From Candidatus Thorarchaeota archaeon (GTDB lineage: Archaea > Asgardarchaeota > Thorarchaeia > Thorarchaeales > Thorarchaeaceae): a DNA stretch of 22,271 nt. The translations under genes and the position numbers were made by a program. Shown piece after piece: positions 1 through 12,000 of this stretch. Each line of letters starts with the position of its first letter. The first letter of the stretch is position 1. The stretch spans positions 1,437,275-1,459,545 of the forward strand of contig CP070761.1 of the NCBI GenBank assembly GCA_020348985.1, in the 5' to 3' direction. The notes beneath the pieces were generated by a model, which saw only the letters and a program-made list of their open reading frames with translations, did not search any database and had not been told where the DNA came from.

Positions 1-72
1 ATGCGTGAACTAGACAGAGAACTCGCAGATGAGCTTCTGCGAAGTTTCGTTGGAGAGGAGGGTGAGGAATGA
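1..72 (+). CDS. 3' end of an upstream gene (partial), probably a paralogue of the giant surface protein
   Basis: Frame 1 reads ...MRELDRELADELLRSFVGEEGEE* with TGA at 70-72. This aligns with the last helix of the C-terminal repeats of the 3994-aa protein (ARELHRDLVEELLLS; AKVMDESLLSELLKSLDLEED*). The stop overlaps the next start as ATGA (69-72). Confidence 0.8.
   Translation: MRELDRELADELLRSFVGEEGEE
58..65 (+). promoter_or_regulatory. Shine-Dalgarno-like site for the giant gene
   Basis: GAGGGTGA resembles the archaeal SD consensus GGAGGTGA. It ends 3 nt before ATG69 and 6 nt before the in-frame ATG72, so ATG72 may be the real start. It also lies in Gly/Glu codons of the upstream gene, so it may be partly coincidental. 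Confidence 0.5.
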
Positions 73-3000
73 TGAGACATTTGCGTCCTCTAAGAATCTC
101 CAGTACCGCAAGGAGGCAGTTCCACAAGTCATCCTTGCTTTGCATCACTTTCTTGATGTTGCTAGGTCTGCCCGCTCTATCGGCGCCAACTAATCTGAGC
201 ACTTCAGACCTTCGCACTCCCATTCTGGCAAGACAATCACTCGTTGCAGACTACGGACCTGCCTATTCAGGAACTGGTACGTCTTGGCCAACAAGTTTGC
301 ATGGTTCGATTGTGAATAATTCAATCGGCACTGTACGGCTTGATGCTCTTTCGCCTGCAGCTGTTGACATCACAACCCACAGCGGCTGGTCTACAGAGAG
401 TGCCAATCTCGATATAGATCAGCTGACAACATCAATCGACGATGTTCTTGTGAATGGTGATTTGAACAGCTATCATTCCGAAAGGAGGCTTGGCCTAAAC
501 TACAACCAAATCACGTTCTATGTCCCTGACGGGTGGACGGTCCTCAAAAACGAAAGTGGTGCAGGATTGGGACGTCGAGCGCATCCGGACCAGGGGATTT
601 TCGAACTCAACAACATGTCAGGAGTAGGAGTCGAAGGTTCAATGAGATGGAGCTTCGATACATGGTGGAATATCGACTATGTTCTGACCAAGTATGACGA
701 AGTCTTCTTGAGGCAGCAGATAAGCGCACCATGGAGAAAGATCCACTCTGCTGAGGTTAGATTCCTCTATCGTGTAAGCAGTGCTTCAGACCAGCTTGAC
801 CAGAACTACCTGTTCGTTAGAGTTAATGGATATGAAGTCAAGTTCCATGTCTTGGAACCAGGCATCTCAACAAACACTTGGCTGCCTGCTGTAGCCCAGA
901 TTCCAATCACCGCTTTCGCCTCTTTTGACAATCCTTACTCAATCCCGGTGGATATTGGTATGGGCACAGATTTGGACGGGGTTCAGACAGACCAGAAGGG
1001 GTCCTATCTCGGTGTGGATAATGTCGAGATGACATTGACTGTTGAGCCATTTCCGGAACAAGTCAATCTCATGGCAAACTCGACACCCATAGTAGAGACC
1101 ACGATTGACCATGTTTCGCCCTACGTCCCTGATGGCGCAAACAGGGATTGCTACAGCGCACCGGATTCAAACGGAGGTTCTGGTGGTGTTGATCTTAGTG
1201 GCTACTCAAATAACGGTATACTAGACGTTGGCGCAGACGTACCCGCCTATCCTGATTGGAGCACAGCATTTCCATACCAGGTGGGGCTTCAGTTCCCTCT
1301 GGATGTGCCACAAGGATCAGCCATTACATCTGCTCGGTTCGAAGTAGAATCTGCTGGAGGGTCTGGAGTCCCTGGGATGCGTATCTATGTCGCAAATGAG
1401 GACACAGTTCCGGCTTTTACTTCAGGGTATCCCTTGCTCCCAGATAGATTCAACTGGAGCGATACCGGTATTGAGTGGTTTCCGTCAGATTGGACTGCCG
1501 ATACCAGATACCTTTCTCCTGAGATATCGGTGATTCTACAACAAGTTGTGTCAAGACCTGGATGGCAGAGTGGTAACTACATCTGCATAATGCTTGAGTA
1601 TGGCCATTCCAACATTCAATATTCTTACAACCAGATTAAGGGGTCTTGGGGGAGCTTCTTTGCAGAGCGGGACCTTGCTAGGCTCTACGTTGATTTTCTT
1701 AGCCCTGGATCACACGGTGAATCCTTCAAATTTAGCAAAGACTTGACCATAGATCACAATAAAGTCAGTGCCAATCTAACGGATTTCCCAGTTCTTGTTG
1801 AGATCTTTGACAGTGACCTTCACACTGATGCACAATCCGATGGCAGTGATATAGCATTTACAATGGGTACTGAAACGCTTTATCATCAGTTTGTGATCTT
1901 CAATCAGACTTTCAATTCAACCCATGCACACCTCTTGACTTGGGTGAAAGTACCCTTTCTGTCAAGTGTTGTAGATACTGTCTTTACAATGCACTACGGG
2001 AATGAGAACTCGGGAAGCGGTGGTGATCCTAAAGTCATCTGGTCAGAAGAATATGAGAATGTGCTGCATCTGGACGAATCCTCAGGCCCTGGTTCTTACC
2101 TACTTGATTCTACGTCCAACTATCACCATGGGAGACCAAGCGCAACTGGAGTCACGTCTGTTGAGGGACTAATAGATGATGCAAATTACTTTTCAGGCGG
2201 CTCCGGAGACAGTATTGAACTTGAGGATGGGGCTTCCATCTTTAACGGTTGGTATGATTGGCAGCTTTCATTCTGGGCATACTTTGACTATACTGATGAC
2301 TCTCAGTTCAACGAAAAGAGAGTATTCGATAAAACCACATCGTTGAGGCTCGCCCGAACTCTATGGAGTGGAGGCAATCCTCACATCCAGATCGACATCG
2401 ATTTCGCCACGGCACCCACGCAGTACGTCGGAGTGGATGTAACACGTCAAGAATGGAACTACATTGTTTACAAGTATGAAAGCAGCGGTGATGGATATCT
2501 TCACATATTCAACTTCATAAACGGGTTGCTCTACGACTATGGCAGCGTGAATATCGGACTGGGAGACCGACTTGTATATGATTCCTCGGATTTTGCGCTA
2601 GGATGTGTTGGTGGCGGCACCCCTCTAACTGGCACTATTGATGAGTTTCGCACTATAGGAAATGGGTTCTCGTCTGATGCTTGGTTGGAAACCGAAGCTA
2701 TCAACCAATACGATCCAGAGGGTTTCATTTCAGTAAGTAACGAAAAGGAGTGGTCCTCTATTGCAGACTTGGTGCTTGAATTCACAACTGATTCCACTTC
2801 TGAAGTCTCATTCGAGCCGACCGTCCTTCTGAATGTAGGTAGGGCATCAACTAGTCTCGATTCTGAACTCAACCCAGGAGTATCATTCACTGTAACAAAT
2901 GATAGCAACTCGGTTTGGACGGCTAGAGCTGGAATCTCAGCCCCACAAGAGATATTGAATCTTGGTTTCACGCTTGAATACCCGGATTCTGAGTGGGTTC

Positions 3001-6000
3001 CTGTATCAGTAACCAATCCACTTGGAGTCACGAAGGCTTACCCATCCGATTGGACATATGGTTCAGGAGAGCTTCTGATTAGTCCTTCAGCCATCGATGT
3101 TCAAGGTATTTGGATATTCACATTCAACTCGACGAATCATGCGGATGACCTACAAATGCGAAAAGCTGCTGGCACTTATGCACCTACAGCCAGGTTCACA
3201 ACCAATGATGTTCTTGAGTTCAGAAGTACTGCAACCGACATCGTGGGATCTGCTGCAAAGCTCATACTTACAGACCCAAGCGGAGATGTCTGGGGCACAT
3301 TCGTTGACTCAAGTCAGTCCGCTGGCGAATTCACCTTCACTGGAATCGTTTTGGATTCATCTGCAGACGCAGGCTTGTGGCAATCGACCATCCAATTCAA
3401 TGATTCAGGTAGCTCTGTAGGTTACCGTGCTGGATTGTTCCAGAGAACCTTCATAGTGACACACAATAGCTCGATTCAACTCAGGTCACCTTCTGAGGCC
3501 GCTGGTGGAGGAGTAGCAGTTAGGACCGCGGGAAGCATATTGTACATCGAAGTCAACCTAACCGATGATATTGGTTTTCAACCGATCACTGGTGCTGTTG
3601 TCAAAGTCAATTGGACTGTCTCAGGCTCGCCAACTGAAATCACACTGATTGATTATGGAGATGGCCGATACGGAAGAAGCTTAAACACTTCTGATTTGGA
3701 AGTCGCAGGCAGATGGAGGATTGAGATCGAGTCCTATCATCAGTACTTCAACAACGCTACTGATTACTTCGAGCTTGATCTTCTCCACGGTACTAGGATA
3801 GTCTACGAATCTCCAGACGCAACACCTGTCGGCGACAACTTCACTATACGAATGAGGTTGGAGAATAAGTTCGACGGCTCACCGATCAGTGGCGCAACTA
3901 TCACAGCAAATCAATCCTACTCAGTAATTGACCATAATAATGGTACATACGAACTTGACATAGATGGAAGTGGTCTTGGCCTGGGCACATTTGGTCTTGA
4001 GTTGACGGCAGATCCTTCAGAGCCCTACTTGATGGACAGCTCGGTTGTCCTTACCGTGACTCACAGACAGATTTCAACAGAGATGACCGCCTCTTCTACT
4101 GAGCCCGGGAATGTTCCTTGGGGCCAATATGTCAACGCCACTCTTACTTGGACTGATGTCGATCACTCTGACATAGGGATACCTGGAGGAGTGCCTGCCA
4201 GCAGCGCTACTTTCGATTGGACAGACCTTGGTAGTGGTCTATACTCCATCAGAATTGATGTTCGTCAGAATAATCCTGGAGTGTACAGTTTCAGTTTCAC
4301 AATGTCTAAGTCAGGATACGAGGACTCAACGACGAATTTGGTTGTCAACATCGTTCCACATCAGACTCGCATCGTGGCCAGCCACAACGTCACAGTTCCG
4401 TGGGGGTCAGATACGTATGTCGACTTGCAGTTTGAAGATCTTGACTTGGGTGGGGCGGCCATCGTCGGGAATATAACGGACATTGTTTGCGATTGGGGGA
4501 CCGGGTCATCCACACACTTTATGCTTCAGTTCTGGATTGGAAGTTCTAGCTGGGGTGTTGGTACGTACACCATTGACATAACACTTCGCACAACACCTTC
4601 TCCGAAATTCTATAACGATGTAACAACAGTCATCCAGGTTACTATTCGGAAGCTCGAAACCAAGATAGAGTGGACTCCAGTTGGAGTCTTTCCGGTTGGC
4701 GATGACTTCGAGATGACTCTGAATATCACAATAGATGACCAGCAATCTGCATCCCATGGCAACGCTGTAGACGATCTTATACTCAGCAATTTCTCGATTG
4801 TTGACGGATTCAGCTCTCCATATTCGATTGAGAGCTTCAACAATCTAGGCAGCGGTATCTACAATCTCTCAATTGACAGCTCTGCGTTTCCAGAGGGCAA
4901 CTATTCGATTCGAATCTATCTCTTCTTTAGCGCAAGCGGCTATCGCGTCAATACACAGACACCAAACATTCTCTTCTCCTATCAGTACGCTCGAAGCCGC
5001 CTATGGTCACAAGAGGTCCAACCACTATCCGTACCTTACAACACGAATACGACGATCAGGGTCTTCTTCGATGACATTGATAGGAATCAGGGTATAACTG
5101 GTACTTCATTTGTGGCAGAAGGTGCAACGATCATTGACGTCAACGATATTGGAAATGGCGAGTATGTTGTAACCTTCAACACTTCAGACTGGGTCATCGG
5201 AACCTACGACACTAATCTGACCGCTTCAGCAACAGGGTATGACAATCAGACTCTTGAAGTATCCATCACCATCAGGCAGATTGAAACATACGCCGTTGCA
5301 CGTGTTGGCTTCCTCAACATTCCTATAGGCGATTCAAAGATTTTCAAAGCTGACTACATAGACATGGACCATGACACTGCTATTTCGCCGGCTACTGCAC
5401 TCTGCAACTGGTCAGCAATCCACTACTCAGTGAGCTGGGTGACAGACCACTACGAGATAACCATTAACACGTTCGACACTGACACTCCAGCGACGTACTT
5501 CCTTATGTTCAACATAACAAAGGACGCCAACTACAAGATTGGCTACTTCAACATCTCAGTAACAATTAGGACGATAAACACAAGCTTGCAGCTGATTCCC
5601 CCTGTTGAGCCGACTACTCCAATCGGATATGTCTACGTGACTGTATACTACAAGGACTTGGATCATGATTTAGGCATCGTCTCTTCATTCGTGGATTGTA
5701 TCGTCAGGAATTCCACAGGCGGCCTTGTCACAAAGACATGGAGCAACATAACAGGCAATCCTGGCTATTACAACATAACCTTTGCAGCTTCACAGTTGGA
5801 CGGACTCGGAATACACAGCCTCACTGTATACTTCAATTGGACCGGAAGTGTGCAGAAATATCAGAATAGAACACTCTCTGTTGACGTTACAGTAGAGGGC
5901 GAGAAATCTAGTCTCACACTGATCGATGCTTCATTACCTTCGCCTTGCCTGTCAAACATGACCTACACATTTCTCTATGCTAGTCTGACTACTGGAGAAG

Positions 6001-9000
6001 GGATTACTAACGCGACAAGTGGTGTCTTCATTTCTGTTAACTTCGTCGGAACATCTGTTGACTTGTCACAAGTAGACATCTGGGAAGCAAACAGAACAGA
6101 TCTGCCAGGATATTACTCGATTAGATTCAACTCCACATTCTTCGGCAGGGTAGGTCTCTTCTCCATGAGAGTCCACATCAATTGGTCGAGATATCTTTCT
6201 CCGTATTACTCTAACAGAACAGACCTTGTCTCAATCAGGATCCTTTCGAGAGACACTCAACTCTCTGTGATACCACCGACTAGCACTGCATTTGGCGAGA
6301 ACGCTACATTCTCATTCACCTACCAAGATGTGACTGGCGGCCTTTCCGAGCTAATAGCATACAACTCCACAATGATGGATGTCTCACTTTCGCTGGCTGA
6401 ATTTGCACTTCAGTATGATTCACCCACAAGAGTCTACACGGTCTCTTTCAACACAAGTCAATTTGGTGCCCCGCTCGGAGAGCGGACCATAGTACTGAAC
6501 GTTACGTGGTCAGGAATACCCTTCTATGGAAATCGGACAGGCAACTCGATTTCAGTAACCATAACAATCCGACAGACAGTCCTTACTTACGCAACACCCC
6601 CGCGAACACTCTATGGTGATAACGTCTCATTCATCATCACCTATTCTGATGTCACTGGAGCTACTTCACAGGGAGTCTCCGGAGCCGCAATTGGTCTCCA
6701 GAATAACTCAATGCCTATCCCCCTCTCGTACTACTCGGTCTCGGAGATTGGCGGTGGAGAGTATGAAATTGAGTTGTCAACTGAATACTTTGGACAACCG
6801 GGAGCATATGATGTTACAATTGCAGCCGATGCCGGCGTCTTCTACATAGATAGCGATTCTGTCACTCGAGTGCTAACTGTCACTTACCGAAGGACGTTCT
6901 TAGTCGCAGAATACTCAAGCACAATCCCGTACAACACATCAATACGAATAGTTCTCCACTATCAGGACCTGAGCACACTTGATGATATAGGAAACGAAAG
7001 CGGGATTGCAACATCGCTTCAGATTATGAACGGTGGAGACTGGATCTTCTCATGTACTTGGCGAAGCGTACAGCAAGACTATCTCCTTGTTGTGGAAACC
7101 TACAATCAGGCCTTGGACATCCAGGATGACCACTTCCTATTGCTTAACATGAGTGCTTCATTCACCTCGCCATTCTACCTTCCTGCGATTCTCAATGTTA
7201 CGTACGTTCTGGAAGAGAGACCCTCAGTCTTGAATCAAGTAGCAATACCTCCGCCAACTAGGTATCTGGGCAACCTCACCTTGACAGTTGTATACAAAGA
7301 CATTCTGTCTGGCTTTGGTGTTGATGGCGCCGAGATATCTGTCTACAATGGCTCAACTCCGCTCTCCGAGTCAACCGACTACGTCCTTCTGCCGCTAGGT
7401 CTTGGATACTATGTAATCACAATCAATACAACATCTCTTGGAAGCCCCGGACTCAAGATTGTACGGATTGTTGCGGCTTGGACATTGGGTTCACCCTACC
7501 ACGCGAATGCTACTGTAAACTCGACCATTATCGTTACTGAAAGGCCCACGAACGTCGAAATTCTCGTTCCACCAACGCAAGTACAGTATCTCAACAACAT
7601 CACTTGCCAGTTTGCTTTCTTGGATCTTGAGAGGCGGAAAGTAATCTCCATTGTCTCGGGTGACATAGACATCTACAGTAACCACACCTTGTTGAGCACG
7701 AACGATTACACTCTGTTCAATCAGAACGGAGTCTTCTTGTTAAGCGTGAACTCCACTGTCTTGAATTCTAGGTTGATATCCAGTTGGAATCTTTCAATTG
7801 CTGTTAGTTGGAACAACACGGAACCATACTACAGGGACGACCTCACGACACTCTGGATAACCACTACGAATAGGAAAGGTTCTATCATTCCAGGCCAGAT
7901 ACTCCCTACTCCATTGGGAGACCTCATGCGGATAGAATTCGACTTCATAGACCTGTCAACTGGCGTTGGAATAGCAGATGCGACTGTTCTCTTCGAGTGC
8001 CTAGAAGTAGCAGGGCTGATTGAGGGCGATGATTATTGGGTGACAGACGGGACCGGTCCCGAGACAGGAAAGTACAAGGTGGATGTAGACACAAGTTCAC
8101 TTGGGTCCGTAGCCACTTTCAACTTCCTGATTGGAATCCAATGGAACAGCACTTTATCACCCTACTATGCCAACATCACTAGCATTCCAATATCTGGGGT
8201 TGCAAGACTGATCAAGACCACAGTGGTCGGAGGTCTGCCAGATCCATCAATCCTTGCATACTACCAGAACTTCTCATTTGTTGTAAACTTCACAGATATC
8301 GATCACGACATGCAAATCGACGGAGCAGAGAGTGCGATTTCAGTTCTATACAGGACCTCCGGACTGCCTCCATCCGACTGGACAATTAATCCTCTTTCTG
8401 GTGGCTTGTATAACATCACGGTGAACGCCACTGACTTGCTCAGCGAAGGCCTGCATGCAATATCTGTCTCAGTTGACTACTACCCATATCAAATAACCGA
8501 AGTTGATGTTGTGTTCTTGCTCACAGCGCGACGTGGAGTGTTGAGTGCGAACGTAGTTGAATCCAGTTCCTATGCAGGGAACCCAGTAACTGTGCTTGTG
8601 AATCTCACTGACGCAGATGCAAATGACGCTCCTCTTGGTGGTGCTAGTCTTGATGTGACTTGGGGCGACACTTGGTCCTCCGAAACACTCGGAGTTGGAA
8701 GCTTCCGTCTTACACTCGCAACAACGAATATCAATCATGGTACACAGACACTTGAGATCTCGGCCACCCTATCTTACTACTCTATTGCCAACCTAAGTGT
8801 CTCGTTTGTGTTGAACCCGGTTCCGACAGAACTCATTATGACCTGGGAAGGTCCCGACCCAGCTAGGCCAAATGTAGTCTTCTGGGGAGAGGAATTAGCA
8901 ATCTACGCTGCCTTCAATGATACACTTCGAGGCGTTCTCATTCCATCTGCTCAGATGACCTGTGATTGGGGTGGAATAAACATCACTTTGGTCACGACGG

Positions 9001-12000
9001 GTGTTCCAGGAAACTACACTGCTACATTGAACTCTTCGCTGGTTCAGAGCGGCGAAATAGCCACAGCATTGATTTCAGCTATGGGCGCCAACTATCAGAG
9101 TGCACTTGGCCGAATTTCAGTCCAGATTCAGAAACGACCAATCGCAATTGAGCCATTGGGGTCAGACTATAGCATTTCAGCAAGCAAGGGGGCAGATGCG
9201 GTTGTCACCGTTTTGATCAAGGATGCCATTAGCGATGTCTCGATCCAAAATGCAGTGGTCACACTTGATTGGGCATTTGCCGCCGGTCTATCTTTGACGC
9301 CAGTGAATGGATCTCCTGGATACTACTCTGTAGCAGTTGGCACAACTCTTGCTAATATTCAGTCCTATCCACTGTCAATCACAGCCAGCGCCGCGAACTA
9401 CACTCTTGATTCAATTGACATAACTCTGTCAGTAACTAGTATCGAATCTGAAATCTGGTTGGACGAAACCACTTCTGGTTACGAAACTTCATCAGTCGTA
9501 TGGTCAGAAGTGGTGAGGATTGGTGTCTATGTTTTGGCGCCGAGTCTGAATCCATCTGATCCCATGAGCACAGGAATACCGTCGTGCCTTGTCACTTGGT
9601 TCTCTCCCGAACTGGCCAGAAATGGAACTCTCCTGGATGATGGAATGGGATACTATTACTTTGATTTCAGTACAAACGAGACCATTCCAGGTTCCTATAC
9701 ATTCCGCATCAATGCTCATCCCACATATATCGATTACAAGGACTCGACGAACAGCACAATTGTTGTCATTAGGAGAATACCTACACAGGTATTCGATCCG
9801 GGTGCACAGGATGTCTTCTGGAGTTGGGGTGGTCACTTTAACATGACCTACTGGGACACCTTCAGGGAAGTAGGCATTTCCTCAGCCAACTCCAGCTATT
9901 CTTGGGCAGGCGGCTCAGGTGAGCTGCTGGTCGGTGAGAATGGAACGTACATGCTTCCGGTGGACACTTTCGAAGTCAAACCAGGTCTCTACAAGATAAG
10001 CGTCAGGCTCTGGAAGCGCAATCACGAAGACGCAAGGACTGAATTCTACCTGAGAATCAAAGAGGTGCCGACTGAACTCGCAGTTCTGCTGCCCTCCTAC
10101 AACCATGTTGAAGGGGCAGAGAATGTCTACCAAGTGCCTTTCGGGGACATGTTTGACATAACCCTGTTCTACAACAACACATTGGATGCTCTGGGAATTG
10201 GTGATGCAGAGATTGTCGAAGCCTACTACTCAGGCCCAGGTCTCTTTGAAGTTCCAATTCCACTTGACACCGAAGTGGGCGGCAACTACTCGATTCACTT
10301 TGACACTACACAACACGTCCTGAACGGGGTCTACACCATCACGGTCAGAATGGTCTTGGAAAACAGAACCGAGGCTGAGATTTCATTTGATGTGATGATT
10401 ATCCAATCTCCGACCGAAGCTGAAATTGAAGGCACGACCGCAGTTTCGCTCTACTATCGAGAGAACGAGACAATATGGATTCACTGGGTTGATATCTGGC
10501 CTGATCATGGAATGGCAGGCATTGAGGATGCGAACGTTTCCGTCTCAAGCTCAGAGAGTGGCATTGTAGATTGGTCAGAGGTCCACGCTGATCCTTCGAG
10601 ACCGGGATGGTACTCAATCACACTGACTGCCTTCTCTTCGACTGGGCTTCCGAACATTGTAATCCTATTCGAGAAGGAATACTACGATTCTGCTAGCGTC
10701 ACAGTAACTGTTTCTGTTGGTCCATCGCCAGAAGATGTGAGAATGCAGCTTCTGACAACGTATGGGTCTGCAATTCTTCTCTTGTTTATCACAGCAGTCG
10801 TCGTCTATGTCCGTGTATTGAGAGTACCCAAGATAGTGAGAGCAATGGTGCAAATGATAAGCAAAGTTCGTAAACGCCGTATACCAAAGGTACCTGCCGG
10901 AATCAGAAGCAGACGGGAGATTTTGGCAGAGATATACAACGAGATGTATGGACCTATAGGCGTTAAGACGAAACCCGAGAAGCTTCCAGTCGAATCAGTG
11001 ATTATTGAGGTTCCCCTGATTGAAGAGCTCATGCTTGATCTGTCAATCCTTACGAATATGACGGCAGATGAGTTTGATGACTTCAGGTTCGAAGTGACCA
11101 AGATGAAGATGAGTGAGCAGACCACCTTTGTACAGGAAGTTATCAAACAAGAAATCGGAAGAATAGAACGACTCACTGGCAAATCTCAAGAAGAGATTCT
11201 TGAAGAAGTAAGCATCGAAAGAGAACGAAGAATGGAAGGCATGGAGCCGGCTGAACTTGTCCCCGAGGAGTTGATTGAAGAAGACAGGATGCGCGAGACC
11301 GAAGTACCTTCCGTCGAAGCAGAGCCCCCAGAAGATCGACTTAGTCCTCAAGAAATCGAGAAGATGAGCGAAGAACTTCTGAAGCGTGGCATGCCTCTAC
11401 ACGAGATTGAGGAGCTTACCACCCAGGCAAGGCAGCTGCCGAAGGATGTTGGTGAAATGCTGCTCAAGGGACTCTGGAAAGGCAAGGAATTCGAGGACAT
11501 GGAAGGCCAACCAATCGGAAAGGTAGAAGTCGTCGAAGACAGGCTAACGGAAGAAGAGCTAGCCGAGTTGAAGAAGGAACTGGAGAGAAGAGGCATTGGA
11601 CCACGTGAGGTTCAATCAATGGTGGCTCAAGCACGAGAGCTTCACCGAGACCTAGTCGAGGAATTGCTTCTCAGCACTGAAGAACGAGAGAAACTCCCAG
11701 TGCCAAAAGAAGAGGATAGGCTTACTGAAAAAGAGATTGAGAATCTCAGAGCAGAGCTTGAGCAGTTAAAGGTTCCCAAGGATGAGATTGAAACCATCTT
11801 AAGACAAGCCAGAGCTGTTCCAAAGGAACTAGTCGGGAGCTTCCTAGATAGCATAAGAAGTAGGGCGCCCCTCTTGCCGGAAGAAGAGGTTGAAGATCGA
11901 ATAGTCGAATTCAGTATCGAAGACCTTGAAAAGAAACTTCTGGAGAAAGGCATCCCGCGGGAAGAAATCGACCAGATTATTGCACAAGCCAAAGTAATGG

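Noticed and set aside
2537-11992. Many short antisense or alternate-frame ORFs inside the giant gene (e.g. 2537-3031, 10805-11182, 11642-11992)
   Set aside because: They are fully nested in a long coherent CDS, have the Ser-rich composition expected from the reverse complement of Glu/acidic codons, and show no recognisable motifs.
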